Of a stretch of DNA of 64,000 nt, positions 39,100-48,247 are shown piece by piece. This DNA is from Cetobacterium sp. (GTDB taxonomy: Bacteria > Fusobacteriota > Fusobacteriia > Fusobacteriales > Fusobacteriaceae). Positions within the stretch are counted from its first letter, which is position 1, and every line of letters begins with the position of its first letter. Below the pieces are notes generated by a model that worked only from the letters and a program-made list of their open reading frames with translations, did not search any database and was not told where the DNA came from. The position numbers and the translations under genes were made by a program. Location: positions 63,702 to 127,701 of the forward strand of contig JBOFRT010000308.1 in NCBI GenBank assembly GCA_051651165.1. Direction: 5' to 3'.

Positions 39100-40217
39100 T
39101 AGTTACCTCCTTTATCGCCTAATAATATTATTTCACTATAAGCTTTAAATAGAGGTCCTACTCCTTTTGGATCATTAGAGCCTACTTTTTCAGATATATA
39201 ATATTCAAAACTTCCATCTCTATCTCCATTAAATGGTATAAGTCCATTTAACCCCGCCATTATACATATATTTCCTAACTCTAATTTTCCAGCTTTTTCT
39301 TTTAAATTATTCGTAACAACTCCATCAAAAGCTTTTCTCCCTTTTTCTAAATAAATTTTATCAATTAGATTTAGTCTAACTCCTTTTAACAATGAGTATG
39401 CAAACATTAGTGTAGCTGAAGTCTCTAAGTAGTTTCCTTCTTTTCCTTCTAAAGCCATAACTTGATACCATAAGCCTGACTCATCTTGATATTTTACAAT
39501 TCCCTCCATAAGTTCTACATATAACTTTACAAGTTCATCTTTATAAGATTTAAATACTACATTATCAATCCCCTCAATAACATCAACTAAAGCCATCGCA
39601 TACCAACCCACTGCTCTTGCCCAGAAATTTTTCGATCTTCCTGTTTCCTTATCTGCCCAATTCATAGTTTTTGTTTCATCAAAACCATGGAAATATAGTT
39701 TTTTATCGTCACAGAATAGATTTTTTCTTACATTTCTAAATTGATTTAAAACATCCTTTATGCCATTTTCATCATTTTTTTCATTTGAGTAGATTGTAAG
39801 AAATGGTTGAGCCATATACAGTCCATCTAACCAAACTTGATAAGGATATCTTCCTTTATGCCAGAAGTTTCCTTCCAATGTTCTTGGATGAATATTTAGC
39901 AAATACTTTACACTTTCAGTAGCTTTTTCATATTTTATATTATTTGTTTCTTTGAATGCTGTAAATAAAACTCTTCCTGAGTTTATATTATCAATATTGT
40001 ATTCCACCGGATTCAAATCTGCTATTTTCCCATTTTTATCAATTCTTTTATCTAAATAATTCAAAATAAATTCTAAGTATTTTTTGTCTTTTGTAGCTTT
40101 ATATAATGCCTCTGCCCCTATCAGTATGCATCCATCTTCATAGTTCCACTCTGTTTTATAGTCTTGATAACTCTTTAAGTAAGCCTCTATGTAGTTTTCA
40201 ACTTGTAACATTTTCAT
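39099..40217 (-). CDS. GH105 unsaturated uronyl/rhamnogalacturonyl hydrolase (YteR/YesR-like)
   Basis: WNYEDG, YNIDNIN.G, FWHK..YP.QVWLDGLYMAQPF, FWARAVGW, YLETSAT, NDPKGVGP; no signal peptide. Confidence 0.92.
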   Translation of the reverse strand: MKMLQVENYIEAYLKSYQDYKTEWNYEDGCILIGAEALYKATKDKKYLEFILNYLDKRIDKNGKIADLNPVEYNIDNINSGRVLFTAFKETNNIKYEKATESVKYLLNIHPRTLEGNFWHKGRYPYQVWLDGLYMAQPFLTIYSNEKNDENGIKDVLNQFRNVRKNLFCDDKKLYFHGFDETKTMNWADKETGRSKNFWARAVGWYAMALVDVIEGIDNVVFKSYKDELVKLYVELMEGIVKYQDESGLWYQVMALEGKEGNYLETSATLMFAYSLLKGVRLNLIDKIYLEKGRKAFDGVVTNNLKEKAGKLELGNICIMAGLNGLIPFNGDRDGSFEYYISEKVGSNDPKGVGPLFKAYSEIILLGDKGGN

Positions 40218-40332
40218 AATTAAGTGTTCCCTCCGTGTTCTCTATTTAATTTTTTATTTTAAATTTTTAATACTTCATCATATCGCAACTTTTTTGTATA
40301 CGTTTGCAAAGATTGTATACGATTTTGTGTTT

Positions 40333-40361
40333 AGTATACATTTTAATTCAAGTGTTGTCAA
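40333..40361 (-). promoter_or_regulatory. Promoter of GH105-symporter operon
   Basis: Minus-strand TTGACA (40356-40361), 17 bp, TATACT (40333-40338). Confidence 0.8.
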
Positions 40362-40499
40362 TTATTTTTTTATCTACAAACTATAAAAATCAACTACTTT
40401 TATTCACTATATACTTTTTTCGACCTAAAAAAGAACACACATCGTTATAAGTTTAATTCAAAACAAAAAAAAGAGAAGTCATTCAGACTTCCCTTTAAA

Positions 40500-40748
40500 T
40501 TAAACGTTTTTCTCTAAAATATCATGTATCCTAGTATAAAATTTACAGTATCCCCAACTCATTATTAAAAAAGCTATCGAGACTAAAATGACCTCAAAAC
40601 TTACAGTATTATTTTTTATAGATATTAATAAACCTACAATAAATATCATATAATAAAATATCGAAAACTTTTTTAAAACTTCATATAAAATCTCTGAAAA
40701 AACTTTCAAAACCGAAACCAATCCTACTGTTATTTTCTTCAATACCAT
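40500..40748 (-). CDS. Hypothetical small membrane protein
   Basis: 82 aa, two hydrophobic segments, AGGGGG RBS, hairpin downstream. Confidence 0.65.
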   Translation of the reverse strand: MVLKKITVGLVSVLKVFSEILYEVLKKFSIFYYMIFIVGLLISIKNNTVSFEVILVSIAFLIMSWGYCKFYTRIHDILEKNV

Positions 40749-40891
40749 AACTACCCCCTTTATGATTTGAACTCTAATAAAAGTTTACCCTCTTTTTTAT
40801 ATCTTTTCAAATTCACTCTGTTTATACTTACTATTGACACGACTTCTTTTCAGGATTATAATCAAATTATCATTTATCTAAGGAGTGTTTT

Positions 40892-41257
40892 ATGAATAAA
40901 AAAGTAGAGTATGTTAAGGGACAGCTTAATTGTGCTGAAAGTATAATCGCATCATTTAATAAAAATAACGGAACAACTATTCCTGTAGCTTTAGGAAGTG
41001 GTATGGGAACTGGTGCTACTATTGGTAGTCTATGTGGAGCTGTTAATGCTGCTGTTCTTGTTATTGGTTTTTTAAAAGGTAGAGAAACTTACCTAGAAGA
41101 AAATAGGGCTAGAGCATTATCAAATGAGCTTTTAAAAGATATTAAAGAGAAATATAACTCTGAGTTATGCGTAGATTTAAAAAAATCAGGTACTAGCTGC
41201 CAAGAGATTGTAGAATATACTTATGAAAAATTAGAAGAGATCTTAAAAGAAAAATAG
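40892..41257 (+). CDS. C_GCAxxG_C_C family putative redox-active protein
   Basis: LNCAES...LCGAVNAA...ELC......SC pattern. Confidence 0.85.
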   Translation: MNKKVEYVKGQLNCAESIIASFNKNNGTTIPVALGSGMGTGATIGSLCGAVNAAVLVIGFLKGRETYLEENRARALSNELLKDIKEKYNSELCVDLKKSGTSCQEIVEYTYEKLEEILKEK

Positions 41258-41288
41258 GAGTAGATTTATCTACCCCTTATTTTTTTAT

Positions 41289-41627
41289 TTAGTTTGCTAT
41301 TTTCTCTTTTAACATATCCACGCCAGCTTCAACTTTCTCTTTTGCTGCGTCGACACCAGCATCTACTTTCTCTTTTGCTGCATCTCCAACTTTTTCTATT
41401 TCAGCACCTATTTTTTCAGTTGTTGTATCAACACTTTGAGTTGCTGTTTCTACATTTTGTTTTACATCCTGCTGAACAGTTGCTTCTACCGCTGCAGCTT
41501 TTTCTGCTACCACTGGAGCTTCTATTACAGGTGCTTCTGGTGCTGGTTTAGCCTCCTCTTTTTCACTCGAGCACGCTACCATAAGTGCGCTTATTGCTAA
41601 TAATGCTAACATAGTTATTTTTTTCAT
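41289..41627 (-). CDS. Hypothetical lipoprotein with 11-aa C-terminal repeats
   Basis: MKK-hydrophobic-MVAC lipobox; KEKV(D/E)AGVD repeats with 33-bp periodicity. Confidence 0.75.
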   Translation of the reverse strand: MKKITMLALLAISALMVACSSEKEEAKPAPEAPVIEAPVVAEKAAAVEATVQQDVKQNVETATQSVDTTTEKIGAEIEKVGDAAKEKVDAGVDAAKEKVEAGVDMLKEKIAN

Positions 41628-41703
41628 TTTAATTCCTCCTCAAAACGAATTAAGATATTGTTATATTATTGTTAACCATAACTCGATATTTTCCTTCTTT
41701 ATT

Positions 41704-43035
41704 TCATAATTTTTTTATATATTTCCCCATATCAAATTTTCTTTCCAAACCAGAACTATTCATATATCTGACTTTTCCAAAAATTTCTCTCTCTTTCCAT
41801 GCTCGATCATGCTTCCCAAAACACCAAGCCACTCCTGCGTAAGAGTTGGGATCCCTTCCGTCATAAAAGTATTTATTATTTAAATTTATTGCAACTTCAT
41901 ATGCTTTCTGAGGGGAAGCTGTCCACTCCAATATTTTTTTACACCAATACATTCTCATATAACTTTCCATATATCCTGTATCTACCATTTGCTTTTGTGC
42001 TGCATTCCAATAAATGTCATGTGTTTTATAATTTTCTAATTCTTCTAAAGAATATAAATACTGCCTTTGGTCACTTGAGTGCTTTTCTAATGTTTCATAA
42101 GCCCACTTATAACTAATACCATCCCAGCTATCATATTTTAAATTATAATATACAAAATTTATCGCTAACTCTCTTCTTATTAAAAGCTCCTCTAAAAATT
42201 CACCTTTTGGCGTTTCCAAACTCTTAGTTTTATCCAACTCACTCCAAATTTCAAGTGATGATATTTGACCAAAATGTAGATATGGAGAAAGTTTAGAGCT
42301 TAATTCATTATCAGGCCCTTTCTTCGAATAAAACTCTAATTTTTCTTCTATAAATTTTTTCAATATTTTTTTAGCTTCTATCTCACCTCCAATAAAATCT
42401 CCATCTAAGACTTGTTTACTTTGAGGAAGAAAAAATTGTGACTGATCTTTCTTTTTAAACTTGTCATCTACAAAATCATCATAAGTAAATTTTATATCTA
42501 TTTTATAATCATATTTTTTTAAAAATCTATCCTTTACCTTTACATATTTATCTCTAAATGTTTTTGCACTATATTCCTCTTTAAAACTAGCAACCTCTAC
42601 AGGTACAACAACGTTATTCTCAACTTCAATTGTAGTTACATTCAATTTTTTCAAAAGTTTTTCTCGACTACTCCTTTGAGACCTGAGATAACTTTTATCC
42701 CAAATCAACACTTGAGCATCTTTTGAAATTTCTAATATATTTTTTTGTAAATCTCCTTCTAATAAAATAAAACGAATACCATACTTCTTCAAAATATCAT
42801 GAACATCTTTTAGTCCTTGAAGCATAAACTTAAAATGTCTTTCAGATGCTTCAGGATAATTTTTTATATAGTTAAACATTACATAAAGTGGCAACTTAGA
42901 TTCATTTGCAACTTCTATAGCCTTTTCTAAAGAAAAGTTATAACTTACCCTTTGAGTCTCTTGCATCCAATAAACTATATACTGCCCTATTTTATCTTCA
43001 TTTATCTTTAAATATTTAATTCTCTCTATATCCAT
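41704..43035 (-). CDS. phrB: Class II CPD DNA photolyase
   Basis: YWM...QR..N..L, SKLSPYLHFGQIS, EEL.IRRELA.NF, THD.YWNAAQ, YMRMYWCKKILEWT, DGRDPNSYAGVAW, HDRAW.ER.IFGKVRYM. Confidence 0.93.
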   Translation of the reverse strand: MDIERIKYLKINEDKIGQYIVYWMQETQRVSYNFSLEKAIEVANESKLPLYVMFNYIKNYPEASERHFKFMLQGLKDVHDILKKYGIRFILLEGDLQKNILEISKDAQVLIWDKSYLRSQRSSREKLLKKLNVTTIEVENNVVVPVEVASFKEEYSAKTFRDKYVKVKDRFLKKYDYKIDIKFTYDDFVDDKFKKKDQSQFFLPQSKQVLDGDFIGGEIEAKKILKKFIEEKLEFYSKKGPDNELSSKLSPYLHFGQISSLEIWSELDKTKSLETPKGEFLEELLIRRELAINFVYYNLKYDSWDGISYKWAYETLEKHSSDQRQYLYSLEELENYKTHDIYWNAAQKQMVDTGYMESYMRMYWCKKILEWTASPQKAYEVAINLNNKYFYDGRDPNSYAGVAWCFGKHDRAWKEREIFGKVRYMNSSGLERKFDMGKYIKKL

Positions 43036-43050
43036 AAAGTACCCTCCTAA

Positions 43051-43446
43051 CTAGATGATATTTTTTAACTTTGTTAATAACTCTTCTGGAAATTTGGAAA
43101 TTTTTTTTAAAGTATAATTAAATCCTACAATCAACGTTGTTCCCTCTATTACAATCTGATTGTTTTCATTTTCTATTTCATATAAAAAATTTATAGAAGC
43201 TTTTTTTAGTTCAGCTCCTACAATTTTCACCTTCAATTTCTCTCCTAGATAAACCTCACCTTTATAATAAACATGGGCATCTTTTTGAATTGTTCCCACA
43301 TTTTCACCTAAATTAATTTCGCTTCCACCCAAAATTTTAAAAAGGTTAATCCTTACTTCTTGAAACAAAAGAAGAGCCCTTTCATTTCCCATATGACCAC
43401 CATAATTTATATCAGATATCGTTACTTTATAATCTATTGCAAACAT
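43051..43446 (-). CDS. Hotdog-fold acyl-CoA thioesterase (4HBT-like)
   Basis: ISDINYGGHMGN...FQEVR motif. Confidence 0.85.
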   Translation of the reverse strand: MFAIDYKVTISDINYGGHMGNERALLLFQEVRINLFKILGGSEINLGENVGTIQKDAHVYYKGEVYLGEKLKVKIVGAELKKASINFLYEIENENNQIVIEGTTLIVGFNYTLKKISKFPEELLTKLKNII

Positions 43447-43550
43447 AATTTACACTCCTTTTTCTTTTTTTCATTATAACAATATTTCTTCTAGTTTGTT
43501 AATTTTCTTTTTTATATGATATAATTAAAATCATAATTTAGAGGTGTTTT

Positions 43551-45215
43551 ATGTTCGAATTAGCAAGTAAACTTTTTAATACTCTAGGCTATATTATAGC
43601 TATCGCATTTTTCTTTTCCCGGTTCAAAAGTGCTAAAAATATTTTCATAAGAGAGAAACACACTAAAAAAGACACCATAATACTTTCAATTGTTTTTTCT
43701 GGTCTAGCTATTTTAGGAACTTATATTGGTGTTGATTATAAAGGCGCTATTGCAAACACCAGAAACATTGGAGTTATTGTTGGTGGTATGCTTGCAGGTC
43801 CTGAAGTAGCTATTATTTCGGGTATTGTTGCTGGTATACATAGAGCCTCTATAGGAGTTAGCCAACTCACTGCGATTCCATGCTCTATTGCTACAGTTTT
43901 AGGAGGATTTATCACTAGCTATCTATACAAAAAAGCTAACTCTAACAACCGTTCTCTTCTTGGTTTCTTCGCAGGAGTTTTCGTTGAAAATCTAAGTATG
44001 TTGCTTATACTAATCCTTTCTAACAACAGAATATTAGCTCTAGATATTGTTAAAAATCTTTATCTTCCGATGATATTTATAAATGGAATAGGTGTCGCCG
44101 TCATTATTATTATTACTGAAGAAATTTTAGAAGAAAAAGAGCGAGAAGCTGGAACTCAAGCTAAACTAGCCCTTGAAATTGCCAATCAAACTCTTCCTTT
44201 TTTTAAAAAAGGAGAATCTCTTGATAATGTTTGTAAAATTTTACTTCAATCATTGAAAGCTGAAACTGTTGTTATTACTGACAAAAATTTTATAATAGCA
44301 AACGCTTTTAAAAATAAAGATTTTTGTATGAAATATCAAAGTATTCAAAGTGATGCAACAAAAAAAGTTTTATCTTCTGGTGAAGTTTTAATTTTTGATA
44401 GAGATAGCGAACTAAATGATTTTTGGTATTCTGAAAAAGGTATAAAATCTTGTATTATCACTCCTCTTTTTCAAGATGAACGAGTATCAGGAACATTAAA
44501 AATATACTTTAAAAACGAAGAAAATATAACGGTTCGAAAAAAATATTTGGCTATTGGTCTTTCCCAACTTATATCTACTCAACTCGAAATAAGTAAAATA
44601 GAGAATTTAAAAACTATGGCTAGAGATGCTGAGCTAAAAGCTCTTCAGGCACAAATAAATCCACACTTTTTATTTAATGCTCTGAATACGACAGCTTCTT
44701 TCGTTAGATTTAATCCAAGTAAGGCAAGAGAGATTATTATTGATTTATCAACTTATCTTAGATACAATTTAGAAAATACAGACAAACTTGTTCCCTTAGA
44801 GAAAGAGTTAGAACAAGTTAAAGCTTATATAAATATAGAAAAAGCAAGGTTTCAAGATAGGATTGAAGTTATTTATGATTTTGATCAAAATTTAGAGAAC
44901 TTAAAAATACCTAGTTTAACTATTCAACCGCTTGTTGAAAATAGTATAAAACACGGTTTATTAAAAAGAAGTAGTTCTGGAAAAGTTAAGATTACGATTA
45001 AAAAAACATATCTAAAATGCTTAATCTCCATAGAAGATGACGGCATTGGAATTGATCCAGAAATTATCAAAAATATAAATAATAAAATTGAAAAAAATAT
45101 AGGCTTAAAAAATGTTCACAATCGTTTAAAACTTATTTATGGTAAAGGATTAAATATAGAACGCCTAAGTAACGGAACAAAAATTTCATTCTATATTGAC
45201 CAGGAGGAAAAATGA
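43551..45215 (+). CDS. LytS/BtsS(YehU)-family sensor histidine kinase
   Basis: 5TM domain (ANTRN.G...GG), GAF-like region, ALQAQINPHFLFNALN, QPLVENSIKHG, IGLKNV. Confidence 0.93.
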   Translation: MFELASKLFNTLGYIIAIAFFFSRFKSAKNIFIREKHTKKDTIILSIVFSGLAILGTYIGVDYKGAIANTRNIGVIVGGMLAGPEVAIISGIVAGIHRASIGVSQLTAIPCSIATVLGGFITSYLYKKANSNNRSLLGFFAGVFVENLSMLLILILSNNRILALDIVKNLYLPMIFINGIGVAVIIIITEEILEEKEREAGTQAKLALEIANQTLPFFKKGESLDNVCKILLQSLKAETVVITDKNFIIANAFKNKDFCMKYQSIQSDATKKVLSSGEVLIFDRDSELNDFWYSEKGIKSCIITPLFQDERVSGTLKIYFKNEENITVRKKYLAIGLSQLISTQLEISKIENLKTMARDAELKALQAQINPHFLFNALNTTASFVRFNPSKAREIIIDLSTYLRYNLENTDKLVPLEKELEQVKAYINIEKARFQDRIEVIYDFDQNLENLKIPSLTIQPLVENSIKHGLLKRSSSGKVKITIKKTYLKCLISIEDDGIGIDPEIIKNINNKIEKNIGLKNVHNRLKLIYGKGLNIERLSNGTKISFYIDQEEK

Positions 45216-45937
45216 TTAAATGTATAGTTGTTGAAGATGAATTTCCAGCTAGAGAGGAGTTAAAATTTTTCATTAATAGTGATCACAACTTCCAGCTCGA
45301 AAAAGAGTTTGAAAACCCAATAGATGCTTTAAAATATGTGGAAGCCAATGAAGTTGATGTTGTATTTTTAGATATAAATATGCCTGAGCTAGATGGTATG
45401 ACTCTTGGAAAAATAATTCACCGAGTTAATAAAAATATAAAATTAGTTTTTATATCTGCATATAAAGATTTCGCAGTTGAAGCCTTTGAAATAAAAGCTT
45501 TCGATTATATTCTAAAACCATATTCAGAAGAGAGAATCATAAATCTTCTTAAAAATATTGTAGAGGACATAAGGAAAAGTGATTCTCCTTCAAAAGATCA
45601 TAATATAAAGAAAATAACTGTTAACTGTGATTCAAAAATGTTAGTAATTTCAACTGATAATATTCTATATATTGAAGCTGATGAAAAAGAAACAAATATT
45701 TTTACAAAAGAAATAATGCACACATCAAAATTAAAAATTTCTCAACTAGAAAATATTCTCTCAGAAGAACTATTTTTTAGATGCCATCGTTCATATATTG
45801 TAAATATTGATAAAATTGTTGAAGTAGAACCTTGGTTTAATGGAACTTATATTTTAAAAGTTTCAAATTCTAACTTTAAAATTCCTGTAAGTAGAAATAA
45901 AGTTAAAGAGCTTAAAGAAATTTTAACTATAAAATAA
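45212..45937 (+). CDS. LytTR-family response regulator
   Basis: VEDE..AR, FLDINMP, FFRCHRSYIVN, IPVSR. Confidence 0.95.
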   Translation: MIKCIVVEDEFPAREELKFFINSDHNFQLEKEFENPIDALKYVEANEVDVVFLDINMPELDGMTLGKIIHRVNKNIKLVFISAYKDFAVEAFEIKAFDYILKPYSEERIINLLKNIVEDIRKSDSPSKDHNIKKITVNCDSKMLVISTDNILYIEADEKETNIFTKEIMHTSKLKISQLENILSEELFFRCHRSYIVNIDKIVEVEPWFNGTYILKVSNSNFKIPVSRNKVKELKEILTIK

Positions 45938-45967
45938 AAAATCTCTCCTAAATCAGAGAGATTTTTT
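45935..45967. terminator. Bidirectional terminator lytTR/cstA
   Basis: AAAAAATCTCTC...GAGAGATTTTTT. Confidence 0.85.
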
Positions 45968-45972
45968 ATTTA

Positions 45973-47349
45973 TTACTTTTTTATCTTTTTTAAGAATAAT
46001 CCTAAAGCTACTATTGCTCCTACTATTCCAACCACATAACCTATAGTTTCTGACAATCTAAATCCTTCTGGTGCTATCAGTATATATGTTGTAACTACCG
46101 CAGTCATAAATGTCGCCGGTATAGTTGCTATCCAATGATTTTTATCCTCTTTAGCTAAATATACCGCTCCAGCCCACAGTGCTATCGTTGCTAAAGTTTG
46201 ATTTGACCATGCAAAATATCTCCAAATAATTGCGAAATCTATAAAACATAAACCAATTCCTACTGCAAACAGTGGTATTGCTATCATAAATCTATTTTTT
46301 ATTGGCCCTTGTTTGTAGTCAATTGCATCCGCTATTGCTAGTCTTGCACTTCTAAATGCTGTATCTCCTGATGTTATTGGACAAGCTACAACTCCTAATA
46401 ATGCTAAAGCTCCTCCAACTTTTCCTAATATACTATTTGATATTGTATTTACTACAACTCCTGCTGGTCCTGCATTCATAAGTCCCTCTGTTCCACCAAA
46501 GAACGACATTGCTGCTGCTGCCCAAACAAGTGCTATAACACCCTCTGCTATCATTGATCCATAAAACACTCTTCTTCCCTCTTTTTCACTCTTCATACAT
46601 CTAGCCATAAGAGGTGATTGTGTTGCATGGAATCCAGAAATCGCTCCACATGCTATTGTTATAAATAAATATGGATAGATAGATGTTCCTTTAGGATGTA
46701 AATTTACTAATGAAATCTCTGGTATATTATACCCTTGGAAGATTAGTCCTCCACCAATACCTATTCCCATAATAATCAATGAAGCTCCAAATATTGGATA
46801 TATTTTCCCTATCAATTTATCAACAGGTAAAACTGTTGCAAGCATATAGTATGCAATTATTATTGCTACCCATGTTAAAGTCCCTACACTTGTCATACTT
46901 GCTAATATTCCCGCTGGACCATTTACAAATACAACTCCAACTAAAACTAGCAATACAACTGAAAATACTCTCATAATTTTTTTAGCGTTATCCCCTAAAT
47001 AATGACCTACTATCTCTGCTATTGTTGCTCCATCGTGTCTAACAGAAAGCATTCCTGATAAGTAATCGTGTGTTGCTCCTGCAAAAATACATCCAAAAAC
47101 AATCCATAAAAATGCTGCTGGTCCCCAAAGTGCTCCTGCTACTGCTCCAAATATCGGTCCTAATCCAGCAATATTTAGAAACTGAATTAAAAATGCTTTT
47201 TTCCAATCTAACTCAACATAATCTACACCGTCTGCTAAACGAACCGCCGGTGTTTCTTTCTCACTAATACCAAATACTTTCTCTACATACTTTCCATAGA
47301 TTACATAACCTAAAATTAATGCTATCAATGACCCTATAAAACTAATCAT
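45973..47349 (-). CDS. cstA: Carbon starvation protein A family transporter (peptide/pyruvate)
   Basis: DGVDY, QFLNIAGLGPIFG, ACGAISGFHATQSP, ITSGDTAFRS, WSNQTL. Confidence 0.92.
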   Translation of the reverse strand: MISFIGSLIALILGYVIYGKYVEKVFGISEKETPAVRLADGVDYVELDWKKAFLIQFLNIAGLGPIFGAVAGALWGPAAFLWIVFGCIFAGATHDYLSGMLSVRHDGATIAEIVGHYLGDNAKKIMRVFSVVLLVLVGVVFVNGPAGILASMTSVGTLTWVAIIIAYYMLATVLPVDKLIGKIYPIFGASLIIMGIGIGGGLIFQGYNIPEISLVNLHPKGTSIYPYLFITIACGAISGFHATQSPLMARCMKSEKEGRRVFYGSMIAEGVIALVWAAAAMSFFGGTEGLMNAGPAGVVVNTISNSILGKVGGALALLGVVACPITSGDTAFRSARLAIADAIDYKQGPIKNRFMIAIPLFAVGIGLCFIDFAIIWRYFAWSNQTLATIALWAGAVYLAKEDKNHWIATIPATFMTAVVTTYILIAPEGFRLSETIGYVVGIVGAIVALGLFLKKIKK

Positions 47350-47443
47350 TATAAACCTCCCTATTTACATTTCTTTTCACGGTAAATTATAACTTTATTT
47401 TTACCATTTTGTAACTTTTTTGGAATAAAACGACTATTTCAAT

Positions 47444-47472
47444 ACTTGAATTGTATTTTTATACACTTAAAT
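47444..47472 (-). promoter_or_regulatory. Candidate LytTR direct-repeat binding site upstream of cstA
   Basis: Minus-strand ATTTAAGT and ATTCAAGT spaced 21 bp; TATAAT at 47386-47391 lacks a good -35. Confidence 0.55.
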
Positions 47473-47500
47473 ACCTTTATTTACCTTCAATTTTTGAAAC

Positions 47501-47524
47501 AAAAAAAAGGCTCGAAAGCCTTTT
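47501..47524 (-). terminator. Terminator after OmpA-family gene
   Basis: AAAAGGCT-cgaa-AGCCTTTT. Confidence 0.8.
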
Positions 47525-47527
47525 CTC

Positions 47528-48151
47528 TTATTTTTGATATATATTAATCTCTACTCTTCTATTTAAAGCTTTTCCTTCAATTGTTGAGTTTGATCCTACA
47601 GGATTTCTATCTCCATACCCCACACTTGAAATTCTACTTGGAGATACTCCTTGAGCAGATAAATAATTAGCTACACTTTGAGCTCTTTGTAATGAAAGAT
47701 TTAAATTTGAGTTTGGATTTCCTGTGTTATCTGTATATCCTGAAACTTGAATCTTCGTCTCAGGATATCTATTCATAATATCAGCTATCGAATTTAAAGG
47801 TGCATAGAACCCACCATTTAAAATTGAACTTCCACTTTTAAAAGATGATTCTCCAGGTAATCTTAAGTTTATATTATCCTTGTTATTTGTCACAGTTATA
47901 TTTGTACTATTTAACGCATTCATAAACTCTTTGTATTGAGCATCTTTATACGCTCCCCAACCAAGTCCTGCTAACGCTCCTATTCCAGCACCTATAAGTG
48001 TTCCCTTTGTATCTTTTCCTACTAATTGACCTATTAGTGCTCCTGCTGCTGCACCTTTTACAGTTCCACTAGTTTTTTTATCTGCAGTACTACAAGCCCC
48101 TAGAAGAGATGTTGTCAGTAGTAACATAGCTATTGTTTTCTTGTTTCTCAT
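47528..48151 (-). CDS. OmpA-family lipoprotein with glycine zipper (YiaD-like)
   Basis: LLGAC lipobox, GAAAGALIG zipper, GYTDNTG...NL.LS..RA..V...NRRVEI. Confidence 0.9.
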   Translation of the reverse strand: MRNKKTIAMLLLTTSLLGACSTADKKTSGTVKGAAAGALIGQLVGKDTKGTLIGAGIGALAGLGWGAYKDAQYKEFMNALNSTNITVTNNKDNINLRLPGESSFKSGSSILNGGFYAPLNSIADIMNRYPETKIQVSGYTDNTGNPNSNLNLSLQRAQSVANYLSAQGVSPSRISSVGYGDRNPVGSNSTIEGKALNRRVEINIYQK

Positions 48152-48247
48152 TTTGTTCCTCCTATTTCGATACTTCTTATATTATCTAATATATGAAGGA
48201 ACATGTCAAGAATTCTATGTTACTTTTCTAACTAACTTTTTTAATAA

